Assembly: GCA_963838015.1 (NCBI GenBank)
Contig: CAWIPG010000007.1
Location: 114,867 to 178,866 of the forward strand
Source of the DNA: an uncultured Acidobacteriaceae bacterium
GTDB taxonomy: Bacteria; Acidobacteriota; Terriglobia; Terriglobales; Acidobacteriaceae
Length of the DNA: 64,000 nt
Direction of reading: 5' to 3'
In this document: one piece after another, positions 37,420-48,242 of the stretch
How the letters are laid out: each line of letters starts with the position of its first letter
Numbering within the stretch: the first letter of the stretch is position 1
Program-made: the position numbers and the translations under genes
The notes under the pieces: model-generated
Seen by the model: only the letters and a program-made list of their open reading frames with translations
Told to the model about the DNA's origin: nothing
Database searches by the model: none

Positions 37420-37884
37420 CTAGCTGCGACGATCGTGGAGCGCCATTTCCCGTGCCAGTTCGCGAGAAGTATCCTTCAACCGCTGCGCCAGCATCGCTGC
37501 CAGCGATTGATAGAAGCGCGAAGCCAGCCGGGGGAAAGCTTCGAAGATTTCACGCAGTTCGTCCGCTTTGACTTCGTCCACTTCGACCTCTATATCTTTG
37601 GCAACCACCGCAGCTGAAGCGCGGCCTTTTTCGAGGAAAGCGATATCACCGCAGATGTCATCGACTCCGAGCGTCGCCACGATTGCTCGCGAATTCGTTC
37701 CCGCCAGTTCGACGGACGCTTCGCCTTTGCGAATAATAAAGATGCTTTCCGACAGAGCGCCTTGCCGGATAATTTCTTCGCCAAGCTTGAAAGTGCGGTG
37801 CACCGACTTGGCCTTGATCAAAGTCCAATCGTTGGCGCTGAGATACTGTAGGCGATTACCAGCCATGGTTATGACATTTGGCAA
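37420..37884 (-). CDS. cyclic nucleotide-binding domain protein
   Basis: FKLGEEIIRQGALSESIFIIRKGEASVEL...LGVDDICGDIAFL cNMP-binding signature. Confidence 0.75.
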   Translation of the reverse strand: MPNVITMAGNRLQYLSANDWTLIKAKSVHRTFKLGEEIIRQGALSESIFIIRKGEASVELAGTNSRAIVATLGVDDICGDIAFLEKGRASAAVVAKDIEVEVDEVKADELREIFEAFPRLASRFYQSLAAMLAQRLKDTSRELAREMALHDRRS

Positions 37885-37915
37885 AGGTGCTGTTTCATCT
37901 TACCGCGAGCACCTT

Positions 37916-39115
37916 CTACCGGCTGTACTGATTCCTCCGCTTATCGGTATGCCGCTCCAGGCCCAACTGAATCAGGCGATCGATGAGGTCAGCATAATCG
38001 AGTCCGGACGCGGCCCAAAGCTTGGGATACATGCTGATCGCTGTGAACCCCGGCATGGTGTTGATCTCGTTCAGATAAATCTTCCTCGTGCCCCCGGAAC
38101 CCGGCTCCATCAGAAAATCAACGCGCGCAAGGCCGGAGCAATCCACCGCCTGGAAAGCCGCCACAGCCAGTTCCTGCACCTTCTTCGTTTCCGCTTTCGT
38201 GAGCTTCGCGGGAATGATCAGTTCGGAACCTTCGTCGAGATACTTGGCGTTGTAGTCGTAAAATTCCTTGACCGGAACAATTTCTCCGGGGACCGAGGCA
38301 GCCGGCTCATCATTGCCCAGCACCGAACATTCGATCTCACGAGCTTTATTTTTCTTTCCGCCCACGCCCTGCTCGATCACAATCTTGCGGTCGAACTTCG
38401 CGGCTTCCTCGATGGCTGGACCGAGCTCTTTGCGATTATGTGCCTTGCTGATCCCGACCGATGACCCCAGATTTGCCGGCTTCACGAAGACGGGATATTT
38501 CAGTTTGCTCTCGACGAACTTCTGAACTTTCTTCGGATCGCTCGCCCACGTGCTGCGCAAAATCGTGACGTGCTTCACGATGGGCAGACCCGCGGCAATG
38601 AACAACGACTTCATAATGTCCTTGTCCATGCCCGCAGCCGAACCCAGCACGCCCGCGCCGACATAAGCGATGTCAGCTAGTTCGAGCAGACCCTGAATGG
38701 TGCCGTCCTCGCCGAAAGTGCCATGCAGCACCGGAAAGATTACATCCACGTTGATGGCGCGATCGCTGGCACGGCGTGTGAGCGCAGCATCTGTCTGAAA
38801 AGGTACGAGTCCGCTCCGCCGGTGTACGGGTTCCGGCGGCACCACCACGGACTCTCCGCGCGCCAGCACCGCGGCAGGCTGGGTGATGTCAGGATCGCCG
38901 GCACGCAGGTGGCGCGGCTCGATGACAAGCTTGCCTTGCAAAAGATTCTCAGCATCCGTGGCAGTCAGCCAGCGGCCGTCCTTGGTAATTCCGATGGGCA
39001 CGACTTCGTATTTGTCTTTATCGATGGCTTGCAGGACCGATGCTGCCGAGAGCAGAGACACTTCATGCTCGCCGCTGCGTCCGCCAAAAAGAATTCCGAC
39101 TCGAAGCTTTTTCAT
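37916..39115 (-). CDS. ddl: D-alanine--D-alanine ligase
   Basis: MKKLRVGILFGGRSGEHEVSLLSA..., ATP-grasp region and NEINTMPGFT. Confidence 0.9.
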   Translation of the reverse strand: MKKLRVGILFGGRSGEHEVSLLSAASVLQAIDKDKYEVVPIGITKDGRWLTATDAENLLQGKLVIEPRHLRAGDPDITQPAAVLARGESVVVPPEPVHRRSGLVPFQTDAALTRRASDRAINVDVIFPVLHGTFGEDGTIQGLLELADIAYVGAGVLGSAAGMDKDIMKSLFIAAGLPIVKHVTILRSTWASDPKKVQKFVESKLKYPVFVKPANLGSSVGISKAHNRKELGPAIEEAAKFDRKIVIEQGVGGKKNKAREIECSVLGNDEPAASVPGEIVPVKEFYDYNAKYLDEGSELIIPAKLTKAETKKVQELAVAAFQAVDCSGLARVDFLMEPGSGGTRKIYLNEINTMPGFTAISMYPKLWAASGLDYADLIDRLIQLGLERHTDKRRNQYSR

Positions 39116-39304
39116 AATCGCTTCAGTTTGGACGCGAAAGGCCAGTGTCGTCAATCATGGATGAAATTCCGCAGAGCCAGGAGTATACTTTTGGCGCTAA
39201 TGGGCCGAGTCCTTTCCTATCAGTTGGGTTCGTAATACCTCGTTGTTTCCCCCAGGTTTTCACATACCGATTTTTAACACTTGTCCACTAGGAGGGCATT
39301 AGTT

Positions 39305-40090
39305 ATGCGTATCAACACAATCCTGGGAATCGGGGCTTTCATCATGGCTGGAGCTTTTGCGTCGTCCACAGCGATTGCGCAAAATGCTGCGCCAGTTTCA
39401 CTGCAGGAGCAACTGAACGCTCAGTACAAATTGGCGAAGATTGGCGGTGCGACCGGAGGGCGCACCGTCGTTGAAACGGGAACAGTGCTGGAAGTCAAGA
39501 AAGGCGGTCTAGTCGCGGTGGCTCAGTTCCCAAAAACCTTGGGGGTATGCCCGTCCAAATATGAGGGTGGAGACCTGAAGGGCCCTAGTAGCTGCGCGGA
39601 AGGTTTTGGCGGAGTTGGAGCACAGAACATTCGCTACTTCGCTGTAGGCGAGAAGGTTTATCCGGTAATGGTTAAGGTTGATGCCAAGAAAGACAAAATT
39701 ACGGTCGTCGTCATAGAGTGTCAGTCGAGCGGTGGTGAGACTGGCCCTTCGAACTACATGTCTTCCGTAGTTTTTCAATTTGCCAAGGGACACCTTGGAA
39801 CAGCAGGCGCGGCGCAGATTGAAGACACACTCGGTCAGGTATTCACCATTAGCGGCGATCAGACTCGACCGAGCCAAAGCGAAGCGAATGCCGGCGCGCA
39901 ACCAACACAAGACGCACCGGAGGAACCGCAGCCCGAACCACAAACCATTCGCATTGGACAAACAATCGATCAGGTAGTGTCTGCGATCGGCAAGCCGGAA
40001 AAAATTGTCGACCTAGGCGCAAAACAGATTTATGTCTACAAGGATCTTAAAGTCACGTTCGCGAGCGGAAAGGTGTCAGATGTTCAATAG
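39305..40090 (+). CDS. secreted hypothetical protein
   Basis: AGGAGG RBS, signal peptide and no recognised domain. Confidence 0.55.
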   Translation: MRINTILGIGAFIMAGAFASSTAIAQNAAPVSLQEQLNAQYKLAKIGGATGGRTVVETGTVLEVKKGGLVAVAQFPKTLGVCPSKYEGGDLKGPSSCAEGFGGVGAQNIRYFAVGEKVYPVMVKVDAKKDKITVVVIECQSSGGETGPSNYMSSVVFQFAKGHLGTAGAAQIEDTLGQVFTISGDQTRPSQSEANAGAQPTQDAPEEPQPEPQTIRIGQTIDQVVSAIGKPEKIVDLGAKQIYVYKDLKVTFASGKVSDVQ

Positions 40091-40111
40091 GTAAAATTCC
40101 ACACAGGGATA

Positions 40112-41074
40112 TTACAGAATCTTCTTCCCAAACGCCGAGAGCGCCAACTCGACTGCCAAGTCGGCGGTGCGGTTGTGTTCGTCGATCACGGGATTTACTT
40201 CCACGATTTCGAAACTCAGCATGCGGCCGTGGTCGGCAATGATTTCCATGGCGAGATGAGCTTCGCGATACGTCGCGCCGCCGCGCACTGGAGTTCCCAC
40301 TCCTGGGGCGTCCTCGGGATCAATCCAATCCATGTCGAGCGAAATATGGTAGCCGGCGGTGCCGCGGCAGGCCATGCGGAGAGCTTCTTCCATCACGGTG
40401 CGCATGCCGCGTTCGTCGATGTCGCGCATAGTGAAAACGCCGATGCCAGTGCGGCGCACGTTTTCCTTCTCAATTGCGTCAATGTCGCGCACGCCCACCA
40501 ACACACAATTCTCCGGTTTTACCTTGGGAGAAAAATCGAAGATGTTCGAGAGCTCCGGCGGACCTAAACCCATAAGCGCAGCCAACGGCATGCCATGCAC
40601 ATTGCCACTCGGGGAAGTTTCGGGCGTGTTGATGTCGGTGTGCGCGTCGATCCAGATGAGGCCTATGTGCTGGTTGTGACGGCGGTAAAATTCCGCGACG
40701 CCCGACACTGTGCCCGCGGCCATCGAGTGATCTCCGCCCAGAGAGATCGGAATTTTCCCTGCCTCAAGCGTCTTGAGCACAAGCTCCGCGTGCTTGGTGC
40801 AGGTCGCCGTGATTTCCTTCAAATACTTGGCGTGGGTATCGCCTTCTTTTTTTTGCTCCGGAATGGCTACGGAAACGTTGCCACCGTCTTCTACTTCGTG
40901 CCCCAGCGCTTCGAGGCGCGCTTCGAGTCCTGCGACGCGAACCGCGGAGGGCCCCATATCGACGCCACGGCGTGACTGTCCCAGATCGAGCGGGACGCCG
41001 ATCACACGAATTTTCTTCGGGACGATGTTGGTGGTGCTGATTGCTGTCGTCATAGGTTCAGGAGAGTTGATCAC
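40112..41074 (-). CDS. rocF: arginase
   Basis: [40 protein letters not shown] and SLDMDWIDP Mn-binding motifs. GTG 41074 overlaps the asnS stop; ATG 41053 is an alternative. Confidence 0.85.
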   Translation of the reverse strand: MINSPEPMTTAISTTNIVPKKIRVIGVPLDLGQSRRGVDMGPSAVRVAGLEARLEALGHEVEDGGNVSVAIPEQKKEGDTHAKYLKEITATCTKHAELVLKTLEAGKIPISLGGDHSMAAGTVSGVAEFYRRHNQHIGLIWIDAHTDINTPETSPSGNVHGMPLAALMGLGPPELSNIFDFSPKVKPENCVLVGVRDIDAIEKENVRRTGIGVFTMRDIDERGMRTVMEEALRMACRGTAGYHISLDMDWIDPEDAPGVGTPVRGGATYREAHLAMEIIADHGRMLSFEIVEVNPVIDEHNRTADLAVELALSAFGKKIL

Positions 41075-42396
41075 GGGTACAACCGGTGCAGCATGCGCGG
41101 GAACGGAATCGTCTCCCGCACATGCTCAAGCCCGCAGATCCAGGCCACGGCGCGCTCGATTCCCATGCCGAAGCCGCTGTGCGGAACGCTGCCGTACTTG
41201 CGCAAGTCCAGATACCACTTGAACGCTTCTTCCGGTAATCCGTGCTCATGAATGCGCTGCACCAGCAAATCGTGCGAAGCCATGCGCTGCGAGCCGCCAA
41301 TGATTTCGCCATAGCCTTCCGGCGCTAGCACATCGACGCACAGTGCTAACTCTGGCCGTTGCGGATCGGGCTCCATGTAAAACGCCTTCACCTTCGCTGG
41401 GTATCGATGGACCATTACAGGCTTATCGAACTGCGCCGAGAGATAAGTTTCATCGGGAGAGCCGAGGTCGCCGCCCCACTCAAACTTGGCTTCCAGTGCG
41501 CTTTTGGCGTGGCCTTCCTGCAGATTCTTTACCGCATCGTCATAACTAATCCGCGGGAAGGGCGCCTCGATTTTTTCGAGTTTGGAAATGTCGCGACCGA
41601 TCGCCTGCAGGTCCACGCGGCGCCGTTCCAGGCAGCGCTTTACCATGAAGCTGATTAATGCTTCTGCGAGATCCATCAGATCGTCGAGTTCGGCGTAGGC
41701 AATTTCCGGTTCGACCATCCAGAATTCGGTGAGGTGACGGCGCGTCTTCGACTTCTCCGCGCGAAACGTTGGACCGAACGAATACACCTTGCCCAGCGCC
41801 ATAGCGGTCGCTTCAATGTAAAGCTGACCGGATTGCGTGAGGTATGCCTGCTCGTCGAAGTAATCGACGGGGAAAAGCGTGCTGGTGCCTTCGCAGGCCG
41901 CGGGAGTGAGAATGGGCGGATCGGTCAGCGTGAAGCCGCGCTCGTCGAAGAAATCGCGTACGGCTTTAATGATCTCGGCGCGCACCCGCAAAATCGACGC
42001 CTGCCGCTGCGAGCGCACCCAGAGATGCCGGTGCTCCATCAGAAACTCTGTGCCGTGCTCTTTCGGCGTGATGGGATAGGGATCGGACTCTGAGACGCGC
42101 TGCACCACCTGCACGTTTGCTACATCGAGTTCGTAGCCGCCGGGCGCGCGCTTATCGGCGCGGACCTTACCTTCCACGATCACGCTCGATTCCTGGGTGA
42201 GCGTCTTGATGGCCTCGAACACTTCCGGCGTGACGGCATTCTTAGGCACCACTCCCTGAATTACGCCCGAGCCGTCACGAAACTGCGGGAAAAGCAACTT
42301 CCCGCTCTCGCGCAGGTTGTAAAGCCAGCCGCGCAGCGTTACCGTCTGCCCTTCGTGCTTTCCGATTTCAGCAATGGTGGTGATAGGTGAAGACAT
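41071..42396 (-). CDS. asnS: asparagine--tRNA ligase
   Basis: OB-fold N-terminus ([26 protein letters not shown]), class II motifs and C-terminal [12 protein letters not shown]. Confidence 0.88.
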   Translation of the reverse strand: MSSPITTIAEIGKHEGQTVTLRGWLYNLRESGKLLFPQFRDGSGVIQGVVPKNAVTPEVFEAIKTLTQESSVIVEGKVRADKRAPGGYELDVANVQVVQRVSESDPYPITPKEHGTEFLMEHRHLWVRSQRQASILRVRAEIIKAVRDFFDERGFTLTDPPILTPAACEGTSTLFPVDYFDEQAYLTQSGQLYIEATAMALGKVYSFGPTFRAEKSKTRRHLTEFWMVEPEIAYAELDDLMDLAEALISFMVKRCLERRRVDLQAIGRDISKLEKIEAPFPRISYDDAVKNLQEGHAKSALEAKFEWGGDLGSPDETYLSAQFDKPVMVHRYPAKVKAFYMEPDPQRPELALCVDVLAPEGYGEIIGGSQRMASHDLLVQRIHEHGLPEEAFKWYLDLRKYGSVPHSGFGMGIERAVAWICGLEHVRETIPFPRMLHRLYP

Positions 42397-42407
42397 ATGA
42401 TGATTTT

Positions 42408-42496
42408 GCAATTGGGCGATCGAGTCATTGGGCAATTTTCAAATCCCACTGCCCGTGGGCTTTTCAAATTGCCAAATTACTGAATCGCCCAATCGC
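42408..42496. repeat. long imperfect palindromic intergenic element
   Basis: Left arm GCAATTGGGCGATCGAGTCATTGGGCAATTTTCAAATCCCAC pairs with the reverse complement of the right arm over about 42 nt, with a few mismatches. Confidence 0.7.
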
Positions 42497-42503
42497 TCAA
42501 TTC

Positions 42504-43325
42504 CTAGGCTCCCTCCAGCTTGTCGAACGTCTCCCGCAATTTTTCCAGCGGATTTACTTTTTCGTTTTCTCCGAGTTCCAGCAACAGTGGCGGAGTTTGC
42601 GGCGCCGAGCGCAGCAATTCCATGGCTTCTTTCCAATTGATTGTTCCCTGTCCGGGCCACAGGTGCGAATCCTGGATTTTGTCATTGTCGTGAACATGCG
42701 TCGAGCAGATGTGCTTGCGCACAACCTCGAAAGCCTCGGGGATCGATCCCATAATGTGGGCGTGCCCAAAGTCGAAGCAAATGGCGACGTCGTCAAAGTG
42801 CGCAGTCTGGATCATCTCCATCAATCTTTCCGGTGTGGAAAGTTCGTTGGGGATATTTTCCAGCAGGATGCGTACGCCCAGCGGCTTGGCGAAGGCGCGC
42901 AAGTGTTCGATGGAGGTCATGGCCGATTCGAACTTCTTCTCGCTAAAACTTTCGTTGGGGAGCCCAAGATGCTGTATCAGAAATCGAAATGGAATTTGCT
43001 CGGCGATCTCTAGCGCACGCTTCACTTCATCCATCGCCTCCACCAGGCCAGCGCGGTCAGTGGATGCGAGGTTCACTGGCGGTGCGCCGGCGCGGCCCCA
43101 CTCGTAATCGGCGTAGAGCGGCGAGTGCACGGAGCTCAGCGGAACTCCACTGCCGCGAAACCAGTCGGCGATTTCTTTTACGTGAGCTTTGCGGTTGGCG
43201 TAGTCGAGATGCTGCCGCGCCGCGAAAATCTCGATCGCCTGCACTCCGCTGCGAACCAGGCCATCCAGAATTCCAGGATGGAGACGCTCTTTCACGTACA
43301 AATAGGTCGATACCGCTTTCACCAT
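42504..43325 (-). CDS. sugar phosphate isomerase/epimerase (xylose-isomerase-like TIM barrel)
   Basis: Family-typical length and motifs (AICFDFGHAHI, HVHDN). Confidence 0.7.
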   Translation of the reverse strand: MVKAVSTYLYVKERLHPGILDGLVRSGVQAIEIFAARQHLDYANRKAHVKEIADWFRGSGVPLSSVHSPLYADYEWGRAGAPPVNLASTDRAGLVEAMDEVKRALEIAEQIPFRFLIQHLGLPNESFSEKKFESAMTSIEHLRAFAKPLGVRILLENIPNELSTPERLMEMIQTAHFDDVAICFDFGHAHIMGSIPEAFEVVRKHICSTHVHDNDKIQDSHLWPGQGTINWKEAMELLRSAPQTPPLLLELGENEKVNPLEKLRETFDKLEGA

Positions 43326-43347
43326 GATCGTCCTTGGGGAATTGTAG

Positions 43348-43426
43348 ATTGCTGATTGTTGACTAAGAACCTAAGACTTGATGGCTTAGGTTTTCAATCA
43401 ACAATCAGCCGTCAACAATCAGCAAT
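43348..43426. repeat. palindromic intergenic element / probable terminator after ggt
   Basis: Perfect 16-nt inverted repeat ATTGCTGATTGTTGAC ... GTCAACAATCAGCAAT encloses an inner hairpin AACCTAAG...CTTAGGTT. Confidence 0.7.
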
Positions 43427-43429
43427 GCA

Positions 43430-45187
43430 TTAGTAGCCTACTGCCTTTCCTTCGCCTCTGCCATCGCTGGCGCCCAGCCGCTCGCCGGTTTTTGAATTGA
43501 TGGCAATGCACTCCGCCTCACTCCAATAGGGAGACGCTTCGCCCTCTCCTAACCCGATCTGTATGCTGTACCCCATCTTTTGCAGTATCTGTACCGTATC
43601 CGGTGAAAACCATTTTTCAACGTTCAATACATCGGGCAGCCACTGATTGTGAAAGCGCGGTGCGTTTACCGCTTCCTGAATGTTCATTCCGTAATCGATT
43701 ACACCCATGAGAACATTCGCCACCGTCGTAATAATTTTCGAGCTTCCGGGTGAACCCAGCACCAGCACCGTCTTGCCGTCATGCACAACGATAGTCGGCG
43801 TCATCGATGAGAGCGGCCGCTTCCCCGGGCCAATGGCATTCGCTTCGCCCTGAATCAATCCGTCGGCATTCGGCACATCCGGCTTGGCTGAGAAATCGTC
43901 CATCTCGTCGTTCATCAAGAATCCCAAGCCCGTAGCCGTTACTCGCGACCCAAACCAGTCATTGATTGTGGTCGTGACTGCGACTGCGTTTCCTTCCGGG
44001 TCCACGACAGAGTAGTGCGTGGTGTGGTTCGACTCATGATTCGTCAGCGGCTGCGGATGCGTGGCAGCATATTCCTCGAGCTCGCTGAAAATCGCGGGCC
44101 GCTTCAAATCTTTACTCGGGCTGGCCTGGTTTGCGCTAATCGAATCCCGCCAGGCGGCTGCGTATTTTTTGTCAATGAGCTGAGCCACCGGAATCTTTGA
44201 AAAGTCTGGATCTCCCAGGAATTCCGCGCGATCGAAAAACGCCCGCCGGAAAGCCTCGGTCGTGAAATGAATCGACTGCGCTGAGCGATCTCCCAGTTTA
44301 GCAAGATCGTATCCTTCCAGAATATTCAGCGATTCAATCAGCACCGTGCCGCCGGAAGAGGGCGGCGGGGCGCTGATGATTTCGTCCCCGCGATATGTTC
44401 CGCGAACCGGCTCGCGTTCTTTCACTTCATAGTGGGCCAGATCGTCCGCCGTGATCAGCCCGCCGCCTTTTTGCATCGCTGCAGCCAGTGCACGCGCCAG
44501 CGCGCCATGATAAAAATCATCGGGCTTGGCGGTGATTCGTTCCAGAGTCCGCGCCAAATCGGGCTGGCGGAGGATCTCGCCCGGCTGATAGTAGTTGCCG
44601 TCGCGCTGAAAAATCCGGTGCGAGTCGGGAAATTCGCTCAAATGGCTGTCATGCAGATCGCGCGCCTCACGCCAGGTCAATGCATAACCCTCGCGGGCTA
44701 ACTTGATCGCCGGCGCCATCACCTGCTTAAGCGTCAGCTTGCCGTATTTCTGCTCGGCGTAAACCATGCCGGCAACCGAGCCCGGCACGCCGATCGCTTT
44801 ATATCCATACTCGCTGGCGCCTTCAATCACGTTGCCTTGCGCGTCCAGATACATATCGCGCGTGGCCGCCTCCGGAGCCTTTTCGCGGTAATCGAGAAAG
44901 TGCGTTTTGCCATCAGCCATGCGGATCAACATGAACCCGCCACCGCCGAGATTTCCCGCCGCCGGGTGCACCACCGCCAACGCGAACCCCGTGGCCACGG
45001 CGGCATCTACGGCGTTGCCGCCGGCGCGCATCATCTCGACCCCGGCCTGCGAAGCCAACTCGTGACTGCTTACCACGATTCCGTGCGGCGCATGCACCGG
45101 CTCGACGGCGGCGAAGGCGCCGGGCACTGCACACACCGCCGATGCCGCCAGCAGCAGCAAAATCAATGTTTTGAGCCGGAATCGCAT
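43430..45187 (-). CDS. ggt: gamma-glutamyltransferase
   Basis: Signal peptide, GGGGFMLIR, autoprocessing-site context NHTTHYSVVD and GSPGSSKIIT. Confidence 0.9.
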   Translation of the reverse strand: MRFRLKTLILLLLAASAVCAVPGAFAAVEPVHAPHGIVVSSHELASQAGVEMMRAGGNAVDAAVATGFALAVVHPAAGNLGGGGFMLIRMADGKTHFLDYREKAPEAATRDMYLDAQGNVIEGASEYGYKAIGVPGSVAGMVYAEQKYGKLTLKQVMAPAIKLAREGYALTWREARDLHDSHLSEFPDSHRIFQRDGNYYQPGEILRQPDLARTLERITAKPDDFYHGALARALAAAMQKGGGLITADDLAHYEVKEREPVRGTYRGDEIISAPPPSSGGTVLIESLNILEGYDLAKLGDRSAQSIHFTTEAFRRAFFDRAEFLGDPDFSKIPVAQLIDKKYAAAWRDSISANQASPSKDLKRPAIFSELEEYAATHPQPLTNHESNHTTHYSVVDPEGNAVAVTTTINDWFGSRVTATGLGFLMNDEMDDFSAKPDVPNADGLIQGEANAIGPGKRPLSSMTPTIVVHDGKTVLVLGSPGSSKIITTVANVLMGVIDYGMNIQEAVNAPRFHNQWLPDVLNVEKWFSPDTVQILQKMGYSIQIGLGEGEASPYWSEAECIAINSKTGERLGASDGRGEGKAVGY

Positions 45188-45310
45188 GCAGGGCCGAGGG
45201 CGTCCAGGAATGTGCGGACCCTTGAGGCTAGCCGACGGCGGCAAGGGGAGTCAAATCAGGGTTGCTTATACGGTAGCGCCTTGCCGCCGCTCTGCCTAGG
45301 ATCGGAATAT

Positions 45311-45704
45311 TTAACTGCGCTTCTTCCTGGGGCGTGCGCGCTTCGCCGCAACGCTCTTCTTTTTTTCCTTCTTCTTACCAGACTTTTTCTTTGGCGCCTT
45401 CGCCACAACCATCGCATACGATTGCTGGATCAATTCCTGCAATTCATCCCATCGCACCGCATCCAGTCGGTCGAGCATCACCCACTTGTAGCGGCCAACA
45501 TGCGGGCGCCGGACGAATATCCTCGCGCTCGATCAGTTCGGCAAAAGTCTCCGGCGTGCATTTGAAACAAAGCCGCGGATTGTCCAGACCCATGATCGCA
45601 AAAATCTTCCCGCTGACCTTGAAGCAAAGATTGTCGCCCCACTGCAGCTTCTCGGTGGCGCGCGGGAAGGAGAGGCAGTACTCGCGGATGGAGTCAACGT
45701 TCAT
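45311..45704 (-). pseudogene. MmcQ/YjbR family gene with a +1 frameshift near 45503-45510
   Basis: ORF 45444-45704 ends prematurely after ...EDIRPAP. The next frame continues HVGRYKWVMLDRLDAVRWDELQELIQQSYAMVV...KKRS to TAA 45311-45313. Confidence 0.65.
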
Positions 45705-45803
45705 ATCGATGAATCGGACAAATGGATGATCGGGGAATCAGCTAATCGAGGCACGGCGAAATGCTTAGCCATGGCTAAGGTAACTGACTCCCCGAGTATG
45801 TGG

Positions 45804-46616
45804 CTACAAATTCTTGATCACCGTCACCTTGCTGTAGGCCACGCGAAATCCCAGCCGCTCGCAGTTGTGCTGCGACGTAGTTCCACCATTGGTGACTACG
45901 ACTGCGTACTCGCATCCAGCTTCAGCCGCGGCCGCCATGCGGACACGGAGCAGCGCGGTTTGCAGTCCACGACCGCGAAAGTCCTGCAGCGTTCCGGCTC
46001 CGCCTAGCGCGAATATGCGATGCTCCGGAATGGCTAGCCCAGTGCCACAGGCCACTATCTTTCCATTGATGTTGGCTACGAAGGCGAGCGCACCTTCCAT
46101 CTGATACAAGGGCTCGAGCATTCCGCGATAGGGCTCGGGCGCTCCCTCGGGAAAGAAGGCTCGTTCCACGATCGCGCCTGACTTTGCTGCCTCTTCCGGC
46201 AAGCTGCGGCGGATTTCGCAATCCTTGGGAGGTGGGGGAAATTCTTCGTTGGGATCGAGCTTGCGGTAGAGCACATTGTTTAGCTCGGCGATACCGTAGC
46301 CTCGCTCTTTGAACATTTCGAATACGGAGGAATCGTGCAGGGGACACAAGTCTACTTGCGACGGAGCCTGGTGTGGGCGGTAGAACTCCTCCACGCGATC
46401 CAAGTCTGCCGCCGTGAAAGGGCGGTCGAGGCCCGCTCCCGTTGCCCTGCCGATGGGCGATCCCAGACCGGCAAATACCATATGACCACCGCAAATTTCT
46501 TCCTCGGCGGCTCCAATCTCGGGGCGCGTCTTCTGGAATACACGCGCGTAGAGAACCTGCGGCATTTCCTCGCACGCCTCAAAACGGCGCGCTAATGCCT
46601 TATCCACGAATTGCAT
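45804..46616 (-). CDS. GNAT family N-acetyltransferase
   Basis: C-terminal acetyl-CoA motif LQDFRGRGLQTALL. Confidence 0.75.
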   Translation of the reverse strand: MQFVDKALARRFEACEEMPQVLYARVFQKTRPEIGAAEEEICGGHMVFAGLGSPIGRATGAGLDRPFTAADLDRVEEFYRPHQAPSQVDLCPLHDSSVFEMFKERGYGIAELNNVLYRKLDPNEEFPPPPKDCEIRRSLPEEAAKSGAIVERAFFPEGAPEPYRGMLEPLYQMEGALAFVANINGKIVACGTGLAIPEHRIFALGGAGTLQDFRGRGLQTALLRVRMAAAAEAGCEYAVVVTNGGTTSQHNCERLGFRVAYSKVTVIKNL

Positions 46617-46790
46617 GGGAATTATCCTTTCTGGATTATGAAAGCTTGTTGGGAACGCTGAGACAGAACGACATGCGCACACGTCGGCGCGGCTTCGTTC
46701 AGGATTGCAGCTTGCTGGTTAGCGTACGGCAGTCATAGGCAAGGAGTACAGGGTACTTCGTTCGCGGCTGAATATCAATGAAAAGTGGCG

Positions 46791-46866
46791 GCGGCTAAAG
46801 CTGGTTCTGAAAACAAGCCACTCATCGCAGCGCCTAAAGCGCTGCGCCACCCAAAATCAAGCCGCG
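46791..46866. repeat. 74-nt hairpin-containing repeat, copy 2
   Basis: GCGGCTAAAGCTG...ATCGCAGCGCCTAAAGCGCTGCGCCACCCAAAATCAAGCCGCG, downstream of the htrA-like stop. Confidence 0.8.
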
Positions 46867-46891
46867 ACAGCTGATAGCTGGCAGCAGCCCC

Positions 46892-48043
46892 TCAAACCTG
46901 TTCCCGGGCTTCCCCCAGCGGTACACTCACATCCAGCTTTTTCTTGTTGCGGTAGATCGTTATCTTCACCGTGTCGCCGGCGCGGTGGTTGTTCATCATC
47001 TCGGCCAGATCCTGTTCGTCCCCGACTTTTTCGCCGTCGATGGCGACGATCAAGTCGCCGCCGAGCATAATCGGGATATTGCCGAGATAGGCGCGCTCAG
47101 TTCCACCGCGCAGCCCAGCTTGATCCGCAGAGCCACCGGGCGTCACTTGCACGATGAGGACACCGTAATCCACGGGCAAGCCCATGGAATCAGCCAGTTC
47201 CGGCCCGATGGGAATGGTGCGCACACCCAGAGCGGGCCGGCGCACCCGGCCCAGAGTCATTAGATCGTTGAGAACGGCCTTTGCGGTATTAATCGGGATC
47301 GCGAAGCCGATGCCCGCATTCTGCCCGACGCTCGAAAGAATCATGGTGTTGATGCCAATGACTTCGCCATGCCAGTTCATCAGCGGGCCGCCGGAGTTGC
47401 CGGGGTTGATGGCGGCATCGGTTTGAATTGCATCCTCAATGGTGGCGCCGTTGGGCTCGCGTACAGGACGGATCGAGCTGACGATGCCGCGGGTCATCGT
47501 CCCGGCGAGGCCGAATGGGTTGCCGATGGCGTAGACTTTCTGCCCCACCTGCAAGTTGCGCGAATCGCCGAGCACCGCGGGGATGAGGTCAGGTGCGCTG
47601 ATTTGGATCACCGCCAGATCGTGCGGCGGATCGGTGCCCACTACAGTCGCCTTATATTTTTTGCGGTTGTGCATGGTCACTTCCACATCCCGTGCGTCTT
47701 TTACGACGTGATAGTTGGTGAGGATGTGGCCTTCCTTGTCGATGACGAAGCCGGAGCCCTGGCCATCCTGCGGCACCATCCCGTAGAAAAAGTCGAAAGC
47801 CACGGTGCGCGAGGTGACGTTCACCACCGACGGAATATTCTTGCGATAGACGCTGATATTGTTCTGCTCTTCGCTGTCGAGCCCTTCGCCGCCCGAGGCT
47901 TCTGTGATGTCGACTCGCGTGGGATGACTCAGCCAGCTCCCGGAATTGGAGCCGCTAAATTTCGCGCTGGAACGCCAGGTGGTGAAGTAGAAGAAAGCGC
48001 CGGCGATGAGCAGCGCCAGGACTGCGGGTCGTAGGAGTCTCAT
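46892..48043 (-). CDS. HtrA/DegP-family serine protease with PDZ domain
   Basis: Catalytic His (TNYHVV), Asp and Ser (GNSGGPL), plus a C-terminal PDZ. ATG 48043 is preferred over 48094. Confidence 0.88.
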   Translation of the reverse strand: MRLLRPAVLALLIAGAFFYFTTWRSSAKFSGSNSGSWLSHPTRVDITEASGGEGLDSEEQNNISVYRKNIPSVVNVTSRTVAFDFFYGMVPQDGQGSGFVIDKEGHILTNYHVVKDARDVEVTMHNRKKYKATVVGTDPPHDLAVIQISAPDLIPAVLGDSRNLQVGQKVYAIGNPFGLAGTMTRGIVSSIRPVREPNGATIEDAIQTDAAINPGNSGGPLMNWHGEVIGINTMILSSVGQNAGIGFAIPINTAKAVLNDLMTLGRVRRPALGVRTIPIGPELADSMGLPVDYGVLIVQVTPGGSADQAGLRGGTERAYLGNIPIMLGGDLIVAIDGEKVGDEQDLAEMMNNHRAGDTVKITIYRNKKKLDVSVPLGEAREQV

Positions 48044-48172
48044 AAATGAATACCTTCGGGACAGCGAACCGAACATGGGAAGAATCCCATTCAATTGTAC
48101 GTTTGATTCTAAACAATGTTCCGGGGTGCGGCATGGGGGCGGGGTGTGGCCCAGTTGAGCCGGAGCTTAAAA

Positions 48173-48212
48173 AGCCCTACTTCTCGCAAAAAACACGAGA
48201 AATGGGGCATCC
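48173..48212. repeat. REP-like hairpin element
   Basis: AGCCCTACTTCTCGCAAAAAACACGAGAAATGGGGCATCC. Same layout as the REP at 57033-57070. Confidence 0.6.
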
Positions 48213-48242
48213 ACTTTCCTGTACTTCAAGCTGCTTTCAAGG

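Noticed and set aside
42410-42425. CAATTGGGCGATCG inside the 42.4 kb palindrome resembles box 1 (CAATTGGACGATGG) of the upstream module.
   Set aside because: There is no box 2 at the 14-nt spacing, and the match is part of a different, self-complementary repeat. It is likely coincidental.
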